From a virus (lineage: Duplodnaviria > Caudoviricetes), in the IMG/VR virus record IMGVR_UViG_3300038673_000438, positions 1 to 30,443 of that record: a stretch of DNA of 30,443 nt; one strand, 5' to 3'. The translations under genes were made by a program, and so were the position numbers. A model generated the notes under the pieces. The model worked only from the letters and a program-made list of their open reading frames with translations. It did no database searches and was not told the DNA's origin. Below, one piece after another: positions 16,708-25,492 of this stretch. Numbering within the stretch: position 1 is the stretch's first letter; each line of letters starts with the position of its first letter.

Positions 16708-16887
16708 CTAGTCATAGGTATACAGATGTATACCAGCCGTATCATACCCGATGGTATAGCTGGAATCGGAATAGCTGATAAGTTCAGCCGTGTACGCTGT
16801 ACGATATACACCAGCATAGAAACCCATGAGGAAAATTGCAATGCAGATGCAAACGATAAAGATGATTTTATCCTGTTTTTTGAACAT
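16708..16887 (-). CDS. small membrane-anchored protein (59 aa, not in ORF track)
   Basis: RBS AGGAG; MFKKQDKIIFIVCICIAIFLMGFYAGVY...LYTYD. Confidence 0.75.
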   Translation of the reverse strand: MFKKQDKIIFIVCICIAIFLMGFYAGVYRTAYTAELISYSDSSYTIGYDTAGIHLYTYD

Positions 16888-16996
16888 TTTGAATCACTCC
16901 TTTTAATACCATTATAGCAGGTTATAGATAAAAGTCAATAAAAGAAGTTAGACGTAATACGTCTAATTAAAAAACTGGCCGAAGCCAGTTATATTT

Positions 16997-17194
16997 TTAA
17001 AGTTCTGGTAGTATGTCGGCTGCTTCAGAAAGATCACCAACAGGAGAATATTTCTTAAAAGTTATTTCTCCATTCTGGCCGATATAGATTTCAAGAGGAT
17101 CACCATCTTTAATTTTCATCGAACGGCGGATTTCTTTGGGAATAACTATACGGCCTAAATCGTCAATACGACGTACGATTCCTGTAGCTATCAT
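16997..17194 (-). CDS. AbrB/SpoVT N-terminal-domain-only regulator
   Basis: MIATGIVRRIDDLGRIVIPKEIRRSMKIKDGDPLEIY...FKKYSPVGDL; lacks the GAF domain. Confidence 0.88.
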   Translation of the reverse strand: MIATGIVRRIDDLGRIVIPKEIRRSMKIKDGDPLEIYIGQNGEITFKKYSPVGDLSEAADILPEL

Positions 17195-17238
17195 TTTATA
17201 TCCTCTTTTCTTTATTTTTGATTATATTGGAGAGGGGT

Positions 17239-17817
17239 TTAACCCCTCTCTCCCTCTAACCACTCTTTTACAGTTGGCTGATTATAGCAGCATTCCCAGA
17301 TATGAGAGGCAATCGGCTTGCTTGCTTTGGGCCTTGTGTCACTTTGGAAACTTTGGAAGCTCAAGCGGTATCCGCCGTTTGTTCCCTTTTTTACTCTGAC
17401 CATCGCGCCGCGTCCGCTATAGCTAGTAGCCATTGCAATAAATTCGTCACGCGTGAACACAAAGGTTTGTTCCTCCAAGGGAATGTTGCTAGCAATCTCA
17501 GGACAATACAGGATATAATCAGCTTTTGGGAGCATTTTATGAATTAAAGTATCTGTATCGCTTGCGCTTTCCACATCTACTATGGCGAGCTCTCCGCAAG
17601 ACGATTTTATTTCCAGCTTCTCCCAGTTGTAACCATTGCCATTATCAACGCGCCGGCGAATATCTCCATACCAAGTTTTATTTGATGTGACGCCAACACG
17701 CTTTGAGCGCGGCTGGATGTAATCACGAAGCGCCACTTCCAGCGCCTTTCCTTTTGCGCCATCGTCGTTGATTTTAGCATTAGCTAAAAATGCAGCGTAA
17801 GATTCAAGAGTTAACAT
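17239..17817 (-). CDS. putative PD-(D/E)xK nuclease-fold protein
   Basis: GKALEVAL...YGDI...KLEIKS spacing of E, D and ExK residues; RBS GAAAGGGG before ATG 17817. Confidence 0.55.
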   Translation of the reverse strand: MLTLESYAAFLANAKINDDGAKGKALEVALRDYIQPRSKRVGVTSNKTWYGDIRRRVDNGNGYNWEKLEIKSSCGELAIVDVESASDTDTLIHKMLPKADYILYCPEIASNIPLEEQTFVFTRDEFIAMATSYSGRGAMVRVKKGTNGGYRLSFQSFQSDTRPKASKPIASHIWECCYNQPTVKEWLEGERG

Positions 17818-17898
17818 AATAAAATCCCCTTTCATTTTCAAGAGTTTTGCTATTACTCTGCGCTCATTTCATCGCGTCAGTCTCTCTTGACTGTCTTT

Positions 17899-17927
17899 AG
17901 TATAGCATATAATTAGACGTATTGCAA
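17899..17927 (-). promoter_or_regulatory. sigmaA promoter with a palindrome half-site in its spacer
   Basis: TTGCAA-TACGTCTAATTATATGC-TATACT; ACGTCTAA half-site at 17913-17920. Confidence 0.75.
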
Positions 17928-18061
17928 GCACTTTTTATTCGTCATTATAGCAGAATGGGGGAGAGTTTTCTGCTATTTTTTTGTGCAATATGACGGGGGT
18001 GGGTTTTGGGCAATTTCCTTTTTCTGGAAATCCTGAGAGGTATGGCCTGGGTAAAAAAATC

Positions 18062-18191
18062 TACGAAGTAAAAAATTAAATATGAAGTAAAAAATTAAAT
18101 ATGAAGTAAAAAATTAAATATGAAGTAAAAAATCAAATATAAAGTAAAAATCAAATATGAAATAAAAATCAAATATAAACAAAAATATAAA
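18062..18191. repeat. 18-19-bp tandem repeat, ~7 progressively degenerating copies
   Basis: TATGAAGTAAAAAATTAAA-type units at 18062, 18081, 18100, 18119, 18138, 18156, 18174. Confidence 0.9.
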
Positions 18192-18224
18192 TACATATTT
18201 GTATATGTATACAAAACCGAATCC

Positions 18225-18253
18225 TTGACTTTTTAAAAATTTCATGTTATACT
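18225..18253 (+). promoter_or_regulatory. sigmaA promoter of the packaging/head operon
   Basis: TTGACT-17 nt (ending TGT)-TATACT. Confidence 0.8.
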
Positions 18254-18308
18254 AATGGTAGTTAAAGGGTCAGAAGCTTGGCCAATAAAATTTAAATAAA
18301 GAGGCATT

Positions 18309-19511
18309 GTGATGTTAAAACTAGACTTTAGTATTGTATCAACCGAGGAGCGCAATGCTTATGTCGAAAAATTTTTTAACGAAAATCCAGATTATAAGCC
18401 AAGCGCGCATGAACTTGAGACCATAACTAATTACATATTATACGGTAAAGATCCCCTTGATAAAAATGGATTACCTACCGAAAATGAAGAAGAATGGACT
18501 AATATGTCCGCCCGCAAAGAAATCGAAATTCCAACTAAGTATGCGACCTGGAAGCGCCAGCAACCATCCTCCTTAGATGAAATGATCGAATCTCCTACAT
18601 TTAATGAATCAACAATTTTATCTAATCCCATCGCAACTAGGACTCCAAAACCTAAAATAGATCGTGCGCTCGAATCGAATATCCCATCTATGCAAGAATT
18701 ATGGGAAATTATCGATTATTATGCCGAGCGCCTAAATGATAAAGATCTTACTAACACACAGCGTTATCAAATGCGCCATATGTTAATAGATTTGCGTCGC
18801 CAACAATTTGCCTTACGTGATATATTTAAACCTTGCTATACATCAAGTTTAACGGCAAATAAAGCGATCTATAGAATGGAAGAAATAGACTCAGAGTTCG
18901 ATTGGGAATCTCCTACTAGCCCAATGGGATTTGCCCCAATGGGTTTTTATCATAAAGGGGATGCGCGCTTTGAAAACCCTCTTGCGCTATCAAATATAAA
19001 AGATGAATGGGGTTATAACCCCCACGCCCGCTTAATAGTTGATTATAGAAATCCAGATCATATTGATAAAATTATATGTAGTTATAAAGAAATTCAAACT
19101 TATTGTGAAGATCATTTCATGTCGTCTCAAAAGTTTATACTAACAACATTAAATTATTACATAAAGAATACTAAACTATCGGAAACGCAATTATGTATTC
19201 TTCAATGTAAAATTGCGCGCTTTCCTAATCGAGTTACTGCGCACGTAGTTAATCAGAAATATGGAAAAACTTATAATATAAACTATATATCAACAATATA
19301 CAGAAAAATATGCGCCAGTATTGGAAAAACAGCAGAACGTTTTTACACATATTATTTAGAAAGAATAAATCCCCATATTTTTAAGCGCTGTTCCTGTTGT
19401 GGAAAAATGAAATTAAGAAATGCAGAAGAATTTACACGAAAATCTCGTAATAGTGATGGTTTTAGTTCTAAATGCAAGGAATGTGAAAATATTGGACGAA
19501 AAATTAAATAA
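18309..19511 (+). CDS. putative DNA-binding protein (HTH-like region plus C-terminal zinc finger)
   Basis: LSETQLCIL...RVTAHVVN...YISTIY and CSCCG...F...DGFSSKCKEC. Confidence 0.6.
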   Translation: MMLKLDFSIVSTEERNAYVEKFFNENPDYKPSAHELETITNYILYGKDPLDKNGLPTENEEEWTNMSARKEIEIPTKYATWKRQQPSSLDEMIESPTFNESTILSNPIATRTPKPKIDRALESNIPSMQELWEIIDYYAERLNDKDLTNTQRYQMRHMLIDLRRQQFALRDIFKPCYTSSLTANKAIYRMEEIDSEFDWESPTSPMGFAPMGFYHKGDARFENPLALSNIKDEWGYNPHARLIVDYRNPDHIDKIICSYKEIQTYCEDHFMSSQKFILTTLNYYIKNTKLSETQLCILQCKIARFPNRVTAHVVNQKYGKTYNINYISTIYRKICASIGKTAERFYTYYLERINPHIFKRCSCCGKMKLRNAEEFTRKSRNSDGFSSKCKECENIGRKIK

Positions 19512-19827
19512 GATATTAGAAACAGAGTATTCTGAAGAATTTGATGAAATTCGTAAAAGAATGATGATTACTTCTTTCTATAAATATGGGCCGCTACATA
19601 TTAACTATGGTACTCAAAAATATATAGATAGTATTAAAAGTTTAGAAAAGCGCCTAGAAAAATACAAGGAAACAGGTAACTTAGAATTATTAGCGGATAT
19701 AGCTAACTTTGCTATGATAGAATTCATGTCTCCTCAACATCCAGATGCTCATTATACTCCTACAGACTGCGCCCAAGAAATTGGTGTTTCTGGAATGGGA
19801 ATAAATGAGATAAAAAACTTTTTATAA
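19420..19827 (+). CDS. hypothetical phage protein (start probably nearer 19483-19492)
   Basis: SFYKYGP...TGNLELLADIANFAMIEF motif. Confidence 0.7.
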   Translation: MQKNLHENLVIVMVLVLNARNVKILDEKLNKILETEYSEEFDEIRKRMMITSFYKYGPLHINYGTQKYIDSIKSLEKRLEKYKETGNLELLADIANFAMIEFMSPQHPDAHYTPTDCAQEIGVSGMGINEIKNFL

Positions 19828-19840
19828 GGAGGTATGACTA

Positions 19841-20086
19841 ATGGAAGAAAAATTAAATAGTAAAACAAAGGAATTCGCACAATGTTTAGCTAAGTGTGAT
19901 GCTAATACCTTTATTGGTATTGCAAAGATATTATGTGTTCCTATAAGTAATGGTGCGAATACAAAAGAAGAAATTGATATGCGCCCATTCGCAGAGGTAT
20001 GGTCTGATATCATAGAAAGTTTTAATTCTTTAAATAAAAAACAAAGAAAAGATTTAGAAAAAATCTTAAGACAAGCGGTGAGTTAA
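19841..20086 (+). CDS. hypothetical protein
   Basis: RBS AGGAGG, in operon. Confidence 0.75.
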   Translation: MEEKLNSKTKEFAQCLAKCDANTFIGIAKILCVPISNGANTKEEIDMRPFAEVWSDIIESFNSLNKKQRKDLEKILRQAVS

Positions 20087-21064
20087 ATGGCAAAGCAAAA
20101 ATGTTGCGAATGCGGTGGGGAGTATATTATGGGCGGAAGTGGAATCACTGAGGCCACACAGAGTAAGTACCTACCAATAAACAACTTTCTTTTTGGTACA
20201 GGATATTTACCAATATGTAATTTCTGTATTGAAAAACGAATTAAAAAAATATATAGTGAAGAGCCTGATAATTATTGGCAATTCTTAGATCAATTATGTC
20301 AATTATTAAATATACAATTTAATCCTTCTTTATGGGAGAAATTATATAAAGTACATAAATATAAGACTTTTATTGTATATTCTAATATGATGCATCAAAC
20401 AGAATATGAAGTACCAACTTGGGCTGATCAAAATCAAAAGTTTTTGGCACTTCAAAAAGAAAATCAACTTGATGAAGAAATACCTGAATTGCGCGCTGAT
20501 AAAATTAGAAAGCTTCAAGATAAATGGGGGCTTCAGTATTGTGAAGAACAGTTATCTTATCTTGAGAATTAACTAATTGGTATTATGAAGAGTCAAGATG
20601 TTAGTGGAGTTTTATCATTAGACCAAGCTAAGAAATTATGTAAAATTTCTTTACTTATTGAAGAAAATCTGCGCGCTGGTGAAAATATTGATAAGTTATT
20701 AGGAGCATATGAAAAAGTTATTAAAATTGCTGATTTTACTCCTAAAAATGCAAAAGATATTAATGATTTTAATAGTGTAGGAGAACTATTTGCTTGGCTT
20801 GAAAAGCGTGGATGGCAGAATAGTTATTATGATGGTGTTACTCAAGATATAGTTGATGAAACTATGAAAAATTTTCAAACATATGTTAGAAATCTATATG
20901 TTAATGAAACATCTATTTCAGAAGAAATAGATAGAAGACTAGAAACACTCAAAGTAGCTCAAGAACTAGAAAATAAATATTATGATGATGATAAAGTTGA
21001 TGATTATGATAAGTATGAGTTAGAAGGCTATGAAGAGGCTCAGGAGTTTAAGGAGGAATATTAA
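20087..21064 (+). CDS. zinc-finger protein immediately upstream of terminase (possible small-subunit role); in-frame TAA at 20570-20572
   Basis: ORFs 20087-20572 and 20585-21064 share a frame (YLEN*LIGIMKSQ); CxxC...PICNFC N-terminus; no RBS before 20585. Confidence 0.55.
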
Positions 21065-21767
21065 TGTCTACTATTACAGCTAATTTTAAGATGGCAGAAG
21101 ATGTTTCTCTAAAAGGATATCGTGATGGTATTGAAATTGAAAAAGGAACGGTAATTACTGAACAACATGCTATAAAAAATGAGAATCTTTATAAAAAATA
21201 TTGTGCTTTTTTCACAGCATATCCAGATCTTTTTATTGATTTAATTACTCCATCAGATTCTAATTTTACTTTATTCTTTTATCAACGTATTTTCCTGCGC
21301 GCGTGTATGAGATTTAGACGTGTATATGTTTGTGCTCCTCGTGCGTTCTCTAAAACGTTTATTTCTATTCTAGCCTTAATGCTTAAATGTATTTTTCAAC
21401 CTGGAATCAAATTATTTATATGTGCTCCTCATATTAATCAGTCTGCAAAAATTGCGACTGAAAAAATAAAAGAAATATATGATCTATTTCCTCTTTTAAA
21501 GAAAGAAGTTGTAGGATTGGGGGATACTCCAGGTAATTTTGGTAAAGATTATGTAAAACTAACTTTTAAATGCGGTTCTGTATTTGATGTCGTTGGAACA
21601 ACTGATTCTACCCGTGGTGGACGTAGACATTCTGGTCTTATAGATGAAATTCGAGATCATGATGCTATTGAAATTTCAGAAATTGTTCTTCCTCTTATGA
21701 ACGTTAATCGTCGTACAAGAGCAAGAATAGTTAATCCAAATGAACCTCACCAGCAAACAATCTTCGC
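21064..21767 (+). CDS. terL: terminase large subunit, exon 1 (ATPase domain)
   Basis: FFYQRIFLR, APRAFSKTF (Walker A-like), RGGRRHSGLIDE (Walker B). Confidence 0.9.
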
Positions 21768-22993
21768 AGGACAAAAAAATTCTGTTAAAACTTTAAAAAT
21801 AGCATAATTTTATTAGAGAATATAATAATAAAATCTACTTATAATTAGAAGATAAAATAAGGAGATAATATTATGTATCACATCTATAAAATAGAAAATA
21901 AGCTAAATCAAAATCTGTATATTGGAATTACAACTAATCCACCAATAAGAAAAAATAGGCACTTCAATTATCTTAGACTGAATAAACATCCTAATTCGCA
22001 CTTGCAGAGTGCTTTCAATAAATACGGAGAAGAAAATTTCTTTTTTGAAATATTAGAAAGTTTCGAATGTGAGAATGAAGAAGATGCTTACAATAAAGAA
22101 GCAAAATATATTGAAAAATTTGATACTTATTTAAATGGCTATAATGGAAATCGCGGAAGTAAAGCACACAATGGTGCGCCTGGTCGATTTACCCAAGAGG
22201 AAATTTTTCAAATATTAGCTTGTAACCATTTTTATAAAAGAAGTGGTAGAGTAATTAGTGAATATTTTAATTGTCCTAATTCTACAATTAATAATATTAC
22301 ATATCGCAGAAACTATAAAAATGATTGCGATATATTTGATAAAAAGGATGAAGAAGAAAAACGAGTTATCCTCGAAGACCTTTTTGAGAATAGTAATATT
22401 AGAGAACAATTAGGTAATATTGGAAAACATAGGAATAGAAAATTTTCTTTTGAAGATGTTGTAGTATTATGGATAGCACATGACTATAATATCCCATTTA
22501 CTAAACAAAGTATTCTGAGAAATATTCTTAATACTTCTGATACTAGAATAAATGCTGGATTAAATCAATTATATACTAAATTAGTATATGCCGACTATAC
22601 AGAAAGGTATGAAAAATTAAGTTTAATAGAAAAAAATAATATTTTGCGACTTTATACTGAGAAGTATAATGAAAAACCCTTTGAACTGCTGGAATATCCT
22701 AAAGCTACATAAACTACAACGTAAGGATGAAATAAGCCTAAGCGTGAATGTGACGAAAGTAGAAAAAATTATGTAGATGGCACAAGGTTAAATCCTAAAT
22801 GCTTTAAAATGGACAATCAGCATCTAAGCCTCGAATAGAGGAAAGTTCAACGACTATCCCAGAGATGGGAGTAGGCGCAAGTGCGCTGAAGTGGAGGGCG
22901 CCCAGTAATGGGTGGTGATATAGTCTAATCTATAGGGAAAGCCTATAGCAGCGAAAGCGGTAATAGATTAACGCTCTATTGCGAATATAAATG
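21768..22993 (+). mobile_element. group I intron interrupting terL
   Basis: Core elements P GAACTGCTGGAA (22683), Q AATCAGCA (22815), R GTTCAACGACTA (22845), S GATATAGTCT (22917); terminal G 22993; removal restores QTIFA-TSAG in frame. Confidence 0.88.
21873..22712 (+). CDS. intron-encoded GIY-YIG homing endonuclease
   Basis: HIYKIEN...LYIGIT...R...H...E...GYN; RBS AAGGAG; 3' end runs into the intron core. Confidence 0.9.
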   Translation: MYHIYKIENKLNQNLYIGITTNPPIRKNRHFNYLRLNKHPNSHLQSAFNKYGEENFFFEILESFECENEEDAYNKEAKYIEKFDTYLNGYNGNRGSKAHNGAPGRFTQEEIFQILACNHFYKRSGRVISEYFNCPNSTINNITYRRNYKNDCDIFDKKDEEEKRVILEDLFENSNIREQLGNIGKHRNRKFSFEDVVVLWIAHDYNIPFTKQSILRNILNTSDTRINAGLNQLYTKLVYADYTERYEKLSLIEKNNILRLYTEKYNEKPFELLEYPKAT

Positions 22994-24074
22994 AACATCT
23001 GCTGGTACTAAACAATCTTATGCATATGAAGTTTTAATTGAAACATTAGAACAAGCTATAATAGATCCATTTAATGCTTTTATTTTTGGATGTGATTATA
23101 GATTACCAATGATGCATGGATTATTAGATAAAAAATATATACAAGAATTAAAAATGTCTTCTACTTATAAAGACGAATCATTCGCGCGTGAATATATGGC
23201 CAAGTGGACTGGTGGTTCAGAAGGTTCTTTCTTTGATTATGATAGATTAATGAAACATAGAACTATTTATAACCCAGAAGGTACTCAAAAACTTGGACAG
23301 TATAAAGAAGATTTCTACTTATTATCAGTAGACGTAGGAAGACTTTCTTGCCAAACTGTTGTTTGTGTTCATAAAATTCATAGACGTGAAAATGTTTATA
23401 CTAGTAAGTTAGTAAATATATACGTTCTTGGAAAAACGGCTGAAGAGCGCCATTTTGAACGTCAAGCTATTGCTTTAAAGAAAATTATTGAAGATTTTCG
23501 TCCAAAAGAAGTAGTAATTGATGGAAATGGTCTTGGAGTTGGTTTATTAGATTTTATGATACGTCCAAATATTGATATAGAGACAGGAAAAACTTATCCT
23601 CCCTATGGAATTTTTAATGATAAAGAATATATTAAAATTCAACCAAATGATTGTGAACAGATTATTTATTGTTTAAAAGCTAATTCAACAACTACTAGCT
23701 TAATCCATAGTAACTGTTATACAAGAGTAAATAGCGGTCTTGTTAAATTTTTAATTAAAGAAACTGAAGCTAAAAATAAATTATTATCTACTAAAGTAGG
23801 ACAAAAAATGAAACTTAATAAAAGAGTTGAAAGAATTATGCCTCATGAAATGACTACTAAGTTATTTGATGAAATGGCTAATTTAAGAATTAAGCCTACT
23901 GGTAGTAGTACTGATATTAATTTAGAAATGATTAATAAACGATATACGAAGGATAAATTTAGTTCTTTTGAATATGGTTTATGGAGAATTAAAGAACTAG
24001 AAGAAGAATTTAATAAAAAATGGAAAAGACGCGGAAAAACTAGAACTTTAATGTTCTATTCAAAGGGGGTATAA
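22994..24074 (+). CDS. terL: terminase large subunit, exon 2 (nuclease domain)
   Basis: TSAG motif, FAREY, LSVDVGR, IDGNGLG, KDKFSSFEYG; frame open upstream of track start 23109. Confidence 0.9.
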
Positions 24075-24075
24075 A

Positions 24076-25492
24076 ATGGAACTCCAAGAACAAGAGAGGG
24101 ATAGAGTTAGTTTATTTAAAAAATCAGTTGATAATATGATAGCTACTAGTGAAGAAAGCTATAAAAATAATAGATATTTTAGTGGGAAGATTAGCGCCGG
24201 ATTAATTCGTCAATATACTGATGAGGAAATAGATTCTATTATTGATTCTGGCGATGTAGATAGTATGAGAGAACTATCTCGTTCATATTTCTTTTCTAGT
24301 GGTTTTTATAGAAGAATATTATTTTATTATTCTTATTTCTTAAAATATGACCATATAGTAATTCCTCATTTTAAGAAAAAAGCAAATGCTTCTTCTAAAA
24401 ATAAAGAATTTCTGTCAACACGCGGCAGTAAAAGTTTTTTCTGAGGGAGCTTATTATGGAGCTATAGTATCTAAAAATGGAGATATCTCTATAATGGATT
24501 TACCTTTTCATTATTGTAGAACAAGATTTAAAGGATTCTCAGGATTAGATATTGTTGAATTTAATGTTCAATATTTTTCTACTATTGCTGATAAGGAGAC
24601 AAGAAATAAAGCTTTAAAAATCTATCCAAAAGAAGTCCGAAGAGCATATAATAGTTATACATCAGGAAAAAATACTCAATATTGGTGCGCTTTAGATGAA
24701 GGAACTGGAATTTATTTTCATATAGAAGAAGCTAGACCTTTTTTCTTAAATACAATAAAAGCTATTAATAATTTTGAAGATTATAGAGATCTTGAATTTA
24801 AGAGAGAAGAAAATGATATTCATAAAATTTTAGTTCAAAGAATAGGAACTAAAACAGATGGTGAATTTTTAATGGAGCCTGAAGAAGCTGAAGAGTTACA
24901 TCGAGGCGCCTGTACTATGCTCCGTAATAATGATAATCTTGATGTTTTAACAACATTCGCTGAAGTAAAAGTAGAAAGTTTATCAGACTCAAGACAAACT
25001 TTAAATTCTAATCTTAGTACCTTTAAAAATTTAATTTATTCAGAATCTGGCGCCAGTTCAAATATATTTGATGCTGAAGGAAATATTTCTTTAGAACAAT
25101 CTTTAAATAATGATTTGTCGCTAGTAATGAATTTATCAGAGCAATTTTCTAGATTATTCACTTATATATTGAACAACACAATAGGAAGTAATAATGTTAC
25201 TTATAGTTTTGTTATTCTTCCATTAACATTTTATAATACAAAAGAATATGTTGACCAGACTTATAAATTAGCTACTGCTGGTTATAGTTTCTTAATTCCA
25301 GCAATTGCATGTGGAATAAGTCAAAGACAAATAGTTGATTTGAAAGTATTAGAAAATGACGTTTTAAATTTAAAGGATAGTTTTATTCCTCTTTCTACTT
25401 CTTATACAGAAGATGGCGGCCGTCCGCAAGAAAGCAATCAAAATAAAACAGATAAAACTATTACGAATCAGAACGGAGGGAATAATACGTGA
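24076..25492 (+). CDS. portal protein, frameshifted near 24385-24410
   Basis: Position after terL; two overlapping ORFs (122 aa and 368 aa); C-terminal PLSTSYT..GGRP motif typical of such portals. Confidence 0.75.

Larger units (their letters stand above)
7272..16938 (-). promoter_or_regulatory. series of 22 minus-strand extended -10 sigmaA promoters, one per cassette
   Basis: -35 boxes (mostly TTGACT/TTGACA) end at 7300, 7816, 8404, 8880, 9123, 9679, 10228, 10990, 11531, 12025, 12486, 13144, 14147, 14490, 14760, 15000, 15384, 15707, 16045, 16356, 16661, 16938; 16-17-nt spacer and TGn-TAnnnT; each lies 9 bp (10 bp in two cases) from a palindrome. Confidence 0.88.
5836..16966. repeat. dispersed 19-bp palindrome TTAGACGT-N3-ACGTCTAA, 25 copies delimiting gene/RNA cassettes
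   Basis: Copies start at 5836 (1 mismatch), 5862, 6167, 7310, 7826, 8414, 8890, 9133, 9690, 10238, 11000, 11541, 12035, 12496, 13155, 14157, 14500, 14770, 15010, 15394, 15717, 16055, 16366, 16671, 16948; half-site at 17913-17920; none seen elsewhere in the window. Confidence 0.97.

Noticed and set aside
5836-16966. Palindrome series as a CRISPR array
   Set aside because: Intervals are mostly 0.2-1.1 kb and contain whole genes with promoters; the repeat is only 19 bp; no cas genes in the window.
5836-16966. Palindromes as simple rho-independent terminators
   Set aside because: Most units already have a separate GC-richer hairpin after the stop codon; sequence (not only structure) is invariant and spacing is fixed to the next -35 box rather than to the stop.
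5836-16966. Classical integron attC sites
   Set aside because: No GTTRRRY/RYYYAAC boxes or extrahelical bases, cassettes carry their own promoters, and no IntI-like gene is visible; the resemblance is organisational only.
17957-18010. Canonical G-quadruplex
   Set aside because: Only three closely spaced G-runs; the fourth is over 30 nt away.
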